The notes beneath the pieces were generated by a model that was not told the DNA's origin, did not search any database, and worked only from the letters and a program-made list of their open reading frames with translations. The position numbers and the translations under genes were made by a program. From assembly GCA_034780895.1 (NCBI GenBank), contig JAUZTB010000001.1, forward strand, positions 97,219,984 through 97,283,983: 64,000 nt of DNA, given 5' to 3'. The stretch comes from Rhynchobatus australiae (lineage: Eukaryota). Below, one piece after another: positions 12,861-25,164 of the stretch (position 1 is its first letter; every line of letters begins with the position of its first letter).

Positions 12861-13049
12861 CACAAGAGATTCTGCGGGTGCTGGGCTCTGGAGCAATACA
12901 CACAAAATGCTGGAGGAACTCAGCAGGTCAGGCAGTATCTGTGGAGGGAAATAGTTGGTGTTTCTGGTTGAGACCCTTCATCAGTCCTGTTTATTTCCCT
13001 CCTTATGTGCTGCCTAACCTGCTCAGTTCCTCCAGCATTTTGGGTGTAC
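12861..13049. mobile_element. 189-bp fold-back Penelope-end insertion with 13-bp TSD and hammerhead core in the loop
   Basis: TSD tgatactggaagg (12848-12860) / tgatacaggaagg (13050-13062); inverted arms about 12900-12953 and 12992-13048. Confidence 0.8.
12951..12990 (-). ncRNA. Minimal hammerhead ribozyme-like motif, probably decayed
   Basis: Minus strand: acagga CTGATGA agggtctcaacca GAAA caccaac. Both conserved boxes are intact; stems II and III are mutated. Confidence 0.55.
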
Positions 13050-13829
13050 TGATACAGGAAGGGATGTGATTCCATATTTACAATAGTGCCTGAGTGATTG
13101 TTTGGCAGTAATTAACAATTACTGTACAATATTTTTAAAAAGCTCCAATAGTTTGTAACGCAAGACTTAGCTTTCTGTTGTGGGTTTTAAAGGACAGATA
13201 CATCAAGTTCTGACAAAACAGGAAGGCTGAGTATGATGCCTTTTTCACATATAGCCAAAGTGTGTCAACGGTTAGCTGCCAGTTTCCACTTCATGATGCC
13301 CCTGACTTCTGCATGTCTAGAAGCCAGAGGCATCATGCTGTAAGTTGGATGCCATGCATTCATTTGACCATCCACTCTGCTGCAAGCCTGAACTGAATCA
13401 ATCATTTGAATGGGATAATCTACCCTGTGGAATAGGTGCTATGATAATGTATATGAGTGCTTTAGTTGTTTACTTTATCTTAAAGCTTTTTTCATTCATT
13501 TATTAGTGATATAATGTACTTTTAATTTTTAATTAAATTCTGAAATTATTTACGACTAAATAGTTCTGAAATTTCCTTCACTATCAGATAAATTTAAAGA
13601 AATATTAGAAAAGAATTTGACTTCTGGGGAACCATCAAAGGCAATCGGGATGGCACCTCATATTACATTGCTTGAGACATGCTTGTTGTCCAGAGCTTCC
13701 AGTGCCTCAGCAGGAACCTGGGGACTGTGGACAGCATGTCCAGGTAGTAGACTGAGTCTGGGAAGATCCACCCCAGAATGAAATATAAAGTAATTTAATC
13801 TGAAGATCAAATTTTGGATAGTTGCAACT

Positions 13830-14095
13830 GGAGTGGCACAGTGGTGTAACTGGTAGAGCCGCTGCCCCACAGCAACAGACACCCGGGTTTAATCCTGACC
13901 TTGGGTGTTGTCTGTGTGGAGTTTGTGCGTTCTCCCACATCCTCAAGACGTTAGTAAGTTAATCAGCCAGTTAAGTTTCTCATAGAGTGTAGATGAGTGG
14001 TTGAATGTGGGAGAAGCTGATAAGAATGTGGAAAGAATTTTCTCAAAAAATGGATTAATGTAGGATTAGTGTAACTGGGTGGTTGATGGTTGATG
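13830..14095 (+). mobile_element. tRNA-derived SINE (HE1/V-SINE-like) with internal deletion
   Basis: A box tggtgtaactgg (13842-13853), B box ggtttaatcc (13886-13895), then gtctgtgtggagtttg..cgttctccc core. Confidence 0.8.
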
Positions 14096-14584
14096 TCTTG
14101 CTATCATCACAGTGGTAGTATTTTAAAAATATAGATAATTAAGACAGAGAAAAATTAAATGTGAGTGCTGCTCACATTTTGAAATAAAATTTTATTGTGT
14201 AAAACTAAGCTATTCCAGCATTGAAAACATTGCTTTGGATTGATTGAAAATCCAAACAACTCTTAGATTAATCACAGGCCCATCAAACCAATTTTGTCAG
14301 CTTTTAATAAATATGAGTCCAATTAAGTAATAATAAATCAAACCAATTTGTTTGGCAAGCAGTGAGATACATCTTAAAACATTGATGTTGTCGAAAAATA
14401 TGCAGCTATGAGTTTATTATTGCTTTCAGATGATTCCACAGTTTTAATAAATTTGTCCATATAGATCTCTGTATTGTTTAGAATTTTATTTTAGAATATT
14501 ATTTTTTCTATTTAATTTTGCTTTATTGTTTTTGAGTATTTATCTCCTCCTATCCTGAAAGTGGAGACACAGAGAAGGTTATTT

Positions 14585-15170
14585 AGGGACAGGGAGAAAA
14601 ACAGCCATTAAGGCCCTCAACACTTTCTATTACTAGTTTAGATCATGGCTCATTGGTCCTCCAACAACATTTACCTACCATTTGATCCATAACCATTGAT
14701 TTCAAGTCAAATTATTGTCTTCATCTTGAAAATTTCAATTGAGCCAACATTCACAGATTTTCCTATCTTTGTGTGAAGACATTCTTCCTGCTTGAAAGGC
14801 CCCTTCTTAATTTTGTGGCCCTGGATTTCCTTGTCAGAAGTGTCTTGTCTTTTCTGTTTCTACTATATGACATCTTATATATTACACGTATGAATCTCAA
14901 TTTAGATCACCCAATAAGCAATATTTCCATTTTATATTAACATTTTGAGACCCGGTTTCATTTTGATGTAGCCATGCTGCATGCCAAGAGAAGAATGTGG
15001 TTCCAGAGGTGAGGCAGCAACCCAGATTGATCTAGCCAAGTCTCCAGATATTTAAAGCATAATTTCTTCACATTTGTATTCCCAAGTGTCCTCCAATCCA
15101 TTACGTTTTCATTGACTTTGTACCTGATGCTTCACTGACAGTTGCATCTTCGCAGTTCCTTGCTCAAATG
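14585..15170 (-). mobile_element. Old CR1 3' remnant
   Basis: agccattaaggccctcaa...gatcatggct reversed tail, followed by degraded reversed ORF2 C-terminal sequence. Confidence 0.5.
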
Positions 15171-18100
15171 CTTCTTAATCAGAATTAGAAATCTCGCTCT
15201 TCTACGTGTTTGGCGGGGTAGTGGGTAAGTGATTCCTATCAACACACCCAGCCCGAATTTTGAACTTGTGCCACACTCCCTATTCTCCTTGCAATACGTA
15301 AGTCTGCGCAAGCAGTACTGATTAATCATCAACTGTGACATTGTTGCCCATAATTTTCCATTTTCCCTGTTGCATAGACACTGACACTGCTGTATAACCA
15401 AACCTGAGATTAGTAACCCAGCATTGGCAGGTGGTGACCAATGAAACCTCTTTGTTTTAATGGGTCTGGTAACACTGAATCATGTTCAGTTGAAGCTGGT
15501 GGATGAATATAACTATTTGACTCTTTATTTAACCATCTGAGCAAATCCTAACATCCTTCCAGCCCATCCATTGTCACCATTCAATATTTTTATTTGAAGA
15601 TTCCTAGACTTGTGCCCCCACCGCACTATCCTAGTACTATCCTCAACTTATTCTGCACATTAAAAAGACTTTAGGGTTGATTTTAACTTTCTGTTGGCTG
15701 GCTGGCAGTCCATCTTCTGGTGGTGAAGGGACCATTTCTAGTTTGAGACCCAGGTATGTTTTACATCAGACTAGAGAGTTCTAGGGTGCCAGGATGTTCC
15801 AATATACCTAGTAAGTTCATGGCAATTAATGTGGGGCAATCAGGAAGCTGAATGGTTGGTAGTAATTATGTCCAGGAGACAGAGGCATGGGGAATTTATT
15901 AATAGGATGAGATCAAACAAAATTATTTTATGAGGCACACTTGTCCCTTTTCTCTTGACAAAACAAAATATAATTTCTTGTATAGGACATCTTGGAATCT
16001 GTGGTACCAGCAAAATCAGTTAGAGAACTGCTGTTGCCCATCCAGCCATCTCGTAAAGGCAAGATTGCTCCTTATGGAGTTCTTTATTCATTATCTGTCC
16101 TTCACCACATGTTGCCGTCTTTCTTTCTCCATTCTCCTCTCTTCCTAGATCCCCTGGCTCTAGGTAACTCTTTCACGCCGGTGCCCCACTTAGTGCTGCC
16201 CGATAGAGGGCTGATTATTAACAGCATTCCCACCCCTCCAGTCCAGTCACTCATAGGTTGAATGAGCGCTCTGGTGTTGGGAACCTGGCCTGAATCCCTC
16301 CCTCCAAAGGCCTGCAGCAAGCAGTGCAGCTGCTCATTGCTGTGATGTGGGTGCACCTTGGCTGGCATGTTTGGGATAGTTGCTGACATTAACAAGGGGA
16401 GAGGTGATATTCCATTTACTAATGAGTAATAATCCAGATTTACCAACAACCCAATGGTGCATGAACTTTTGTAATGATCTTTATATGATCAAGTTCAGTA
16501 GGTAGGACTGAGGAAACATTTATTAAGTGGTGTGCTGCATCAAGGGATATTGTAGATTATTGGCATTCTCTTGTAACTTTTCTCTTTCTTCATTTTGCTG
16601 ATAAAGTCACCACTTGGTATTTTTCTCCCTTGTGGTAGTAACCAGAGACACATTTCAAATATAACTCTGTGGAGGCATAAAATATAAAGAAGAATGTAAT
16701 CTTCCTTAAACTGGCAATGGAACATGTCACAGTTTATATTGCTATCTATTTTCTACTCTTCCAGTGGAGGCATCATTCTGTTTATCTGAAATGGGTCAGT
16801 GCCTTTCAGCATTATTACACTTCCTTCTATGTGCTTTTGTTATGAACAATTTTCTGTTCCAGAATTCCATGGTCAACATTTTTGGCTGTGCTTCTGACAA
16901 TATTTATCCTAGTCTTTCACATGTAGCATGTCTGTATGTCTGCTGATTTTCATTCCCTATTTATATGAGTTTACCCCTTTTTATGCTATCAGATCTGATC
17001 CTGGAATTCTCCATGAAATGTGATTAAAGTATGGAGCAAATTGTCCAGTGGTCATGCCTCTCCCTTGTGGGTGGGTGACTCTGAGCTGGAGAGATTGAAT
17101 GCTATTGCAGATGTGTTTGCTTGGAGAGTCTTGATGGCTGCAAACTTCCACAGATGGCAGTGAAAACACATAATCTGCTCTATTATCTCTGAGCCTATGT
17201 TATTTATATCTACCTTTTGGTCTCATGTAAGTTTTTTTTATGCTAACTTTTATAGAGGATTAAACACTGGAGAAACGTTGAAATATCTACTAGTTCAAGC
17301 TCCCAGTGACACTAAAAATAATGAATACATATATTAATGGGGATTGAAAGTCCTCTGTGACTGTACCAAGAAAATTTTCAGTCTTGAAATGCCTGTGTAT
17401 AATGCATATGATATATGTGTAGGAGCAGGAAAGTTCTACTATTCTTTTTTTCATGAAGGAGACCAGGAATTTAATTTGTCTCATGTTTATTATTCACTTG
17501 CATGGTAAGAGTACAAACAAAAACATTCCATCAGAAACACCCCAATGCATTATTCATATGGGTTATTTTATTCATTACCAGGGAATCATTAGGCAGTGCC
17601 AGTGAATTTAAACAGCACAGCTTAATGGAAACATTAAAATAAGCAATGGTGCACTGAAATGTACAAAGCTATATTAAGTTACTTGTTAAATTTGAAGTGC
17701 GGAAGGGATTAAGTTGGCTCCAGGATTACTTGGAGTTTAATTTGCAGACAGTGTGTAAATATTATGCATCTTTGTTTTTAGAGGGGAGATGTCTGTGGTC
17801 CACATGAACCCAGAAGCTGACTGTGAACCTGGGAATTTGAGGAACTGAAGGCTGAGCCATTCTTAATGTCCTGACCATAATTTTGACCACAGTCTGAGTC
17901 CAGACCAGATTGGGCCAGCAGACTGGAGACTGCATTTGGTATGCTATGGTATAGCTCCTTGCATTCAGGCATGTTGTAACATACAAGGGTCTGGGAGGTT
18001 GTCCATTAGAAATGAAAGGTTGTCTATCAGAATATTAATTGATTGAGAGAGAAGGCACTTTCAACAAGTAGAGTGAAGTCAACTCAACTGCCCAATTTGT

Positions 18101-19599
18101 GGCTATACATGTAATTTAAATTTGTAAAGAGATAACAACAGCATAGTTTCTGATNNNNNNNNNNNNNNNNNNNNNNNNNNNNNNNNNNNNNNNNNNNNNN
18201 NNNNNNNNNNNNNNNNNNNNNNNNNNNNNNNNNNNNNNNNNNNNNNNNNNNNNNNNNNNNNNNNNNNNNNNNNNNNNNNNNNNNNNNNNNNNNNNNNNNN
18301 NNNNNNNNNNNNNNNNNNNNNNNNNNNNNNNNNNNNNNNNNNNNNNNNNNNNNNNNNNNNNNNNNNNNNNNNNNNNNNNNNNNNNNNNNNNNNNNNNNNN
18401 NNNNNNNNNNNNNNNNNNNNNNNNNNNNNNNNNNNNNNNNNNNNNNNNNNNNNNNNNNNNNNNNNNNNNNNNNNNNNNNNNNNNNNNNNNNNNNNNNNNN
18501 NNNNNNNNNNNNNNNNNNNNNNNNNAAAAGAGGCAAGCTAAGTGGCTCAGCTTTTGCTGAAGGCGATTCACTATCCACATTCGCCATTTGAAGTTCTCCT
18601 TTCCATTCACCTTCCTGATGTTTTTTTTTCTGGAGGCCAAATTCCCCAACTAATAGTATCCTGAACCAAACTGGTCACCAGGACCTCGTGCAACATAATT
18701 GGATCAATTCAGTGGGCCCAAGCAACACCTACCCACGAACTGATGCAGAAACCTTTGGCACACAGCAAGACCATTACAAAGCCATGCCCTGAACTTTGCC
18801 ACTTATCAAAGCTGTCAATTTTTGGAATGCTTCTGCCTGCCCTTCAGCATATTCATGAACATTCCAAAACACTACTAAAAAGAAATAATCAAACATTTTA
18901 AAACTTTTTACACTTTTTTTAAAGGTCACTGAAAATTAGAAGCAAAATTGCAAACTCATAATGTTTTTAAAAATTAAACTTAATCTTAATTTTCTTCCTT
19001 TGTAGCTGTAAAATCTCCAATTTAGTGAATAGCCTGATGGACCCTGTACCAGGTTAGACCTGGCACAGTATCATTGACCAGGTTCTCCAGTATAACTGCT
19101 GGGGAATCTTAGCAGTTTCATGCTCCGCCTTGGGACTCCATGTGGACGAACACACTGACGGAATCACTGGCTGGAATATGTCAGCTAGTTCGGGACTTAA
19201 ACATATAGATTAGCATGCGCCAGGCTCACAAGCATTTACCTGAGTACTTGTCAGCAGTCTGCTACAAAACTGCTAGCATTTACCCACAAATTTTGGCCCA
19301 TTATTGCAATGATAAAAATATGTATAGATGTGGTTTTTGAAATANNNNNNNNNNNNNNNNNNNNNNNNNNNNNNNNNNNNNNNNNNNNNNNNNNNNNNNN
19401 NNNNNNNNNNNNNNNNNNNNNNNNNNNNNNNNNNNNNNNNNNNNGCTTAGCTCTATCACGATTTATTTCATCACTTTAATCAATGAAATAATTAAACTAA
19501 TTGGAGGGATGAAATAAATCTACTAATGCACAAAGTAATAGACAAGGTAACTACATGTTGCTATTTCTGTGAATAATAACCTACTAAAGTGAAATATTT

Positions 19600-20060
19600 C
19601 CCGTAGACCTCGTGAAGAAGAACACAAGACACTGAAGTGGCCGTAAGCCATGTGGGCGTCTGTACCTATTCCACCGTAGATAACCAGTTACCACTTTCAT
19701 TTAAATGACTAAAATATGATCAAAGCCCACAACAGATTGTAATGAAGGAGAGGCATTTCTCTGTAAATCGAGATTTGTCAAGTAAGCAAACTTCCTAAAT
19801 ACGATTACATTGCCAATTTAAGGTGGTGTTACGTACCTAACCATGCGAAATCTGTATTTTGGATTAGATTTTAATTAATTATGGGGAAGAGGCCAATCAA
19901 TGGCTTCTAGTTGTTCTGTTTGTTTCCCTTCTTTTGTCGTGGTTTTCGTTTGTCACTGCTCACCGACTCATTGCTTTCACGAGAAAAAGGAAAATTTGGA
20001 TTTGAATATCTTAGCAGAACAACCACCATTAGCGGTAGTGGATAATGCAGAGAAAACAGG
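19600..20060. promoter_or_regulatory. Candidate intronic promoter/enhancer (CpG-retaining patch)
   Basis: 14 CpGs counted in 19601-20040 despite AT-rich composition; GGCCAATCA at 19891-19899, second CCAAT at 19813, ATCAAAG at 19719, TTAATTAATTA at 19871; no repeat recognised. Confidence 0.35.
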
Positions 20061-21624
20061 TTTATCAAGTTTAGTATAAGTACAAATTTCAATAAAATGC
20101 CTTAAGTAATTAATAACATCTGTTTTTATTTAAAGTCTAATGTAAGTGGTGCTCTTTCAAGAGGTAATCTTTAAAGGTTAGTTTAGCAATGTAAAATAGA
20201 AAAGTTGTACATGTCACTGCATTTTCTTTTTGAATCATAGAACAAAACCTTATACTTAACATGCATACTTTTAAAGTATTATGAACCAGACTTTAATGCA
20301 TTTCACGAGAACCATGGTCAAAACAGAAAGTGAAATAGAATGGAAAACTACATATGAAGTATAACTTTTGCCATTTGTTCTTCAGTTTTATGTTTCCAGA
20401 GTTGCACTGTTCATGGAAAGAAAATTTTAATATTACTATGCTTTTTAATGAGGAAATTACTTAAGTCAGAAATTTAACTGAGCTAAATGTTTTTACTCTG
20501 CAAAGTTTTAGTTATAGATGATTACTTGCAAGATGCATTAATTCATTCTTTCTCTTCCAATTTATTAACTATTATAATGTTTTAATAGTTGAGTTTTACA
20601 TCTGACGCCCGTGACAGACTGATACAGCACTTGAAATAATTTTAAGCTTTACTGATGTTATGCTTTTGAGAATGAGAACAACAGTGCTTAACATCCAGGG
20701 TACTTCAATACAATGTGATTTTTGGGCTTATTGGTTTCCAAAATATGATTCTGTCAGAATTCAAGAGGTAACTTTAAACAAAATGATCCACCACACATTT
20801 TCTACAGTTATTGTAGCAGCACTTTAACTTAACATGTGAAGCAAAATACCTAACTGTTTTGTTACAATGATTATAACACTTTTTTTCTGAATAAATTATA
20901 ACTCTGTAAAATCCTGGCCTCAAGCCAAGTGTACCTATAGAGATTATGGCAGTTTATGTATTTGCCCCAGAATAAGGTCAATTGGAAGGTCATTGAAAGC
21001 TGTACAAATTAGATACAGTCAAAGACTGCAATTATCCCTGTTGGAACTTATTCCACCTCCAAGTATTGAAGTTCAGCAGGCATATGTGTAGTTTTGAGAG
21101 ATGACTGTTTGAATTTGTGGTTACTGTGAAACAAGACTGAACTTATTAGTAAAGGTACCAGATAAAGTTTGGGTCAAGATGTGTATTCTTTTGAAGTATG
21201 TACCAGAAGAAGTTGTAGTTCCCAGTTACCACAAAGTTTTGGTTATGAATTCTTATGCCTACCATCTTTGAAATATGGATTTAATTTTGGTAAGCATTAT
21301 TTCATTCAAAGGAGATGACTTTTAAACCGATGAATTTGTTCAGAACTTGTGAGTTTTATAATACCTAATTTAATCCTAGCAGGGATCAAAGTTGAATTTG
21401 TACTGACCAGATTTCCTTTAATAAATCTATCTCAATCTTCACCAAACGCAGAGAACGCTGTGTAGATTCCATATTTGATGAATCTAATGAAAAGTTTGCA
21501 CCCAAACATTAATGATTTTGCTGTGTGAATTCAGACATAATTGTAAAAACTGAAACTATTAAGTATAAAAAGGAACAGCAAGGAAACAAAAAGTGTCATT
21601 AGGTGCAATATGAGTATGAATTTC

Positions 21625-22100
21625 TTTTTTTTTCTTTTTTTTTGGGCTCTGGGTCTTGCCAGCAATGATTATTTATCCCTAATTGTCTTTGAGAAGATGG
21701 TGAGCTGCCTTCTTAAACCACTTCTGGCGAAGGTATCCCATAGGTAGGGAGTTTCAGAACATTATGAAGGACTGGTGATTATGAAGGACTGGTGATAGAT
21801 TTCCAACTCAGGATAGCCTGCAATTTGGAAGGGATCCTGCAGATCATGGTGTTCCCATGTGTCTATTGTCATTGTCCTTCTTGGTAATNNNNNNNNNNNN
21901 NNNNNNNNNNNNNNNNNNNNNNNNNNNNNNNNNNNNNNNNNNNNNNNNNNNNNNNNNNNNNNNNNNNNNNNNNNNNNNNNNNNNNNNNNNNNNNNNNNNN
22001 NNNNNNNNNNNNNNNNNNNNNNNNNNNNNNNNNNNNNNNNNNNNNNNNNNCAAACTTCTTGAATGTTATTGAAGCTGCATTCGTATAGGTTACTCTACAA
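21625..22100 (-). mobile_element. 3' end of a second LINE family (same family as 39305-40900 and 53600-53770)
   Basis: Poly-T then atccctaattgtctttgagaagatggtgagctgccttctt, shared with 39370-39415 and 53620-53660; contains a 17-bp tandem duplication at 21761-21794. Confidence 0.6.
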
Positions 22101-22249
22101 CATTCCAAATGACTGGTGGTTGGCATAATTTTTGAAATCAAAAGATAATCAAATCAATGAAATCACTTGAAGTCCAAGGAAGCCATCTTCTAATTAGGAA
22201 TGAAGAAATTGCACTGATAATATGTATTTTGCCTCAGTCTTTACAGAGA

Positions 22250-23820
22250 AAGGAAAAATTGTTGGCACAACAATCTGCTGAAGGAACTCAGCAGGTCAAG
22301 TAGCTTTTGTGGGGGAGAAAGGAATTGTTGGTGTAGATAGGTGGATGATAGGTTGAGGCAGACCAAAAAATAAGGCAGATGGAGCCAGGTGGGCGGAGGG
22401 GAGTGTGAAGGTATGGTTAGATAGGAGGGTAATAAGCAGGAATAAGTGCTGGGCCCCCGCTATTGATGTCCAGGATTTATACATCTCTATCCCTTATCAG
22501 GAAGGTCTTAAGTCCCTCCATTTCTTTGTGCAACAATGATTCAATTAGCTAACTGGGCAACACAGTCGGCATGGATGAGTTGGGCCAAAGGGCCTGCTTC
22601 CATGCTCTATGACTCTATGACTCTAAAACCAGTTCTCCTCCACCAACACTCTCATCCACGTGGCAAAACGTGTTCTTAGCCTGAACAACTGTTCTTTTGA
22701 CTCCTGTCACTTCCTACAGATCAAATGTGTAGCCATGGGCCCTAACTACGTGGAACTTTTCATTGGCTATGTGGAACAATCCTTGTTCCAAACATTCTCT
22801 GGTACCACTTCCCAACTCCTCCATTACATTGACAACTACATTGGTGATGCTTCATGCACCCCAGCAAAACTGATCAATTTTATTACCTCTGTTACTAACC
22901 CACCCTAGTCTCAAATTTGCAACAGCAATTTCTAATACTTCTCTCTATTTTCTAGATTCTGTTTCCATCTCAGGAGACAAACTATCCACTGACATTTACT
23001 GCGAGCCCACAGACTCCCATAGCTAACTAGACTATGTCTCTTTCCACCCTGTCCCTTGTAAGGATGCCATCCCTTTCTTCTGCTACATCTGCTCTCAAGA
23101 TGACGTCTTCAATTCCAGAACATCTGAAATGTCCTGCTTTTTCAGGAAACATGGCTTCTCTTCTGCTGTGGTTGATTGAGCTCTCTCTAGCATTCCCTCT
23201 GTTTCTTGGACTTCTGCTCTCACCCCAGAGCAGAGATAGAGCTCCCGTAGTCCTCACCTTTCACCCGACTAACCTCCGCATCCTTCGTCATTTCTGCCAG
23301 CTGCAACGAGATCCCACCACTTGTCACATCTTCTTCTCCCCGCTCTGCCTCCTGCAAGGACCGCTTCCTCCATGACTCCAAGGTCTGCTCTTCCCTCCCC
23401 ACCCACCTGTCCATGACCCTGGCACTTTCCCCTGCAGTGACAGGAGGCACAAAAATTGTTCTTGCACCTTCTCTGTCACTACAATCCAGGGACTTAAACA
23501 GCCCTTCCAGGTGAGGCATAGATTCACATGCACCTCCTCCAACCTTGTCTACTGCCCAGTGCTCCCGATGTGGCCTCCTTGCAGAGTACCTGTGTTCTGT
23601 CTGCAACAGCCATTCCAAGCTCCTGGTTACATGTCATTTCAGCTCCCCTTCACATTCCCACACCGACTTGTCTGTCCTTGGCCTTCTCAACTGCCAGGAT
23701 AAGGTCCAATGCAAACTAGAGGAACAACACCTCAAATTCTACATGGGTAGTGTACAACCCAATGACATGAATGTTGTATTTTCCAATCTCAGGTAACCCT
23801 TGCCTCCTCTCTCCCCCCCC
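22250..23820 (+). mobile_element. Penelope-like retroelement remnant: inverted pLTR piece (about 22250-22440), then RT and GIY-YIG endonuclease, frameshifted
   Basis: ORF 22660..22908 LNNCSFDSCHFLQIKCVAMG...LLHYIDNYIG (GVAMG and YIDD motifs). 23511-23796 FTCTSSNLVYC / CSRCGLL...HFSSPSHS...KLEEQHL...QPNDMN is a PLE-type GIY-YIG domain. A CR1-type tail is inserted at about 22545-22625. Confidence 0.85.
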
Positions 23821-23924
23821 ANNNNNNNNNNNNNNNNNNNNNNNNNNNNNNNNNNNNNNNNNNNNNNNNNNNNNNNNNNNNNNNNNNNNNNNNNNNNNNN
23901 NNNNNNNNNNNNNNNNNNNNNNAA

Positions 23925-24140
23925 TATAATCATGGTTGATCTACCCCAGACCGCAGATCTGCTTCTGTGCCAGTTTCCCACAGCCCTCAACTCCCTGATC
24001 TTTCAGGTATCTTTCTATTTCCTCTTTAAGTTAGCATCAATGATCTAACCTCCACAACTGCCTGGGGTAAAGAATTCCAGAGATTCAGCAGCCTCTGAGT
24101 TCTTGCACATCTCAATTTTAAATGACCATGCCTAATCTTT
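23925..24140 (-). mobile_element. CR1 3' end remnant
   Basis: atcatggttgatct...cctccacaactgcctggggtaaagaattccagagattca, a reversed CR1 3' region. Confidence 0.65.
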
Positions 24141-24566
24141 TTTCATTAGTCCATCAAAAAGCCAACTTGTAGTTCTAGAGCTGCTTATAACCTCTCATTC
24201 TCCAGTGAAATTTTCTTTTATTATAATCTATTCAGCACTGCCTAATTTTGTTAGTGTCTGTCAAATTGTTTTCAATTGTTGGAATATTGTTCATTTTTGG
24301 CTCTCTTAGTTGGTATTTTTCTCATCAAAGAGGTCTTTTTGTCAAAGACCTCTTTTTGTCAACTGTGTCAATTTCTTGATATTTAAGAAATTCATTGGAT
24401 AATTTATTCTTAAGGTAAATTTGATGTCATTTTAAATGAATGAGTAATCAGTAGGGTGTACAGCAAGTTGACTTTGACTTACATTCTAATGTAGCCTGAT
24501 GGAGTCAAATCAGGGGATTTGCTTTGCCCTTGGTGCTAATGATGTGGCACTTTCAGATTACTATAT

Positions 24567-24673
24567 TGTTACAAACCAGCAACAAAAGAAACACACCGGG
24601 TCATATACAAGTGTTAAAAACAATGTTATTAATAACTACTTATGATAATAAGAAAAATAAAAGTAAAACTGTT
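24567..24673. mobile_element. LTR terminus, running into an N gap
   Basis: tgttacaaaccagcaacaaaagaaacacaccg... closely matches 25165-25271; preceded by ATAT. Confidence 0.7.
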
Positions 24674-24773
24674 NNNNNNNNNNNNNNNNNNNNNNNNNNN
24701 NNNNNNNNNNNNNNNNNNNNNNNNNNNNNNNNNNNNNNNNNNNNNNNNNNNNNNNNNNNNNNNNNNNNNNNNN

Positions 24774-25164
24774 CTGACCAGTATCACCACCCCTCCTCCT
24801 CTTCTCGCCCCCTCCCTATCCCCTTTAAAACACTGAAAACCAGTAATATTCAATATCCATTCCTGCCCTGATGTCAGCCACGTCTCTGTAATAGCCACAA
24901 TATCGTAGTCCCCCATACTTCTCCAAGCTCTCAGTTCATCTCCCTTATTCCTGATGCTTCTTACATTTAAATAGATGCACTTTAGCCCATCCACCTTACT
25001 ACTTTTATAGCCTGTACTCTGCTTCTCCTTCCTCAAAGCCTCTCTATCTGTCAGATCTGACTTTTCCCCATCCCCTTCTTCCTCTGACCTACTCCTCCGG
25101 TTCCCTCCCCCCTCGCAATCCAGTTTAAACCCTCTCGAACCACCCCAGCAAACCTGGCTGCAGG
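24774..25164 (-). mobile_element. CR1 ORF2 N-terminal APE endonuclease fragment
   Basis: ORF 24629..25192(-) LKCIYLNVRSIRNKGDEL...YDIVAITETWL...DREGARRGGGVVILV. Confidence 0.85.

Noticed and set aside
13830-13900. tRNA gene
   Set aside because: The A/B boxes run directly into a SINE body and no complete cloverleaf is apparent.
21761-21794. 17-bp direct repeat as an array or regulatory repeat
   Set aside because: Only two adjacent units inside a LINE remnant; simple slippage duplication.
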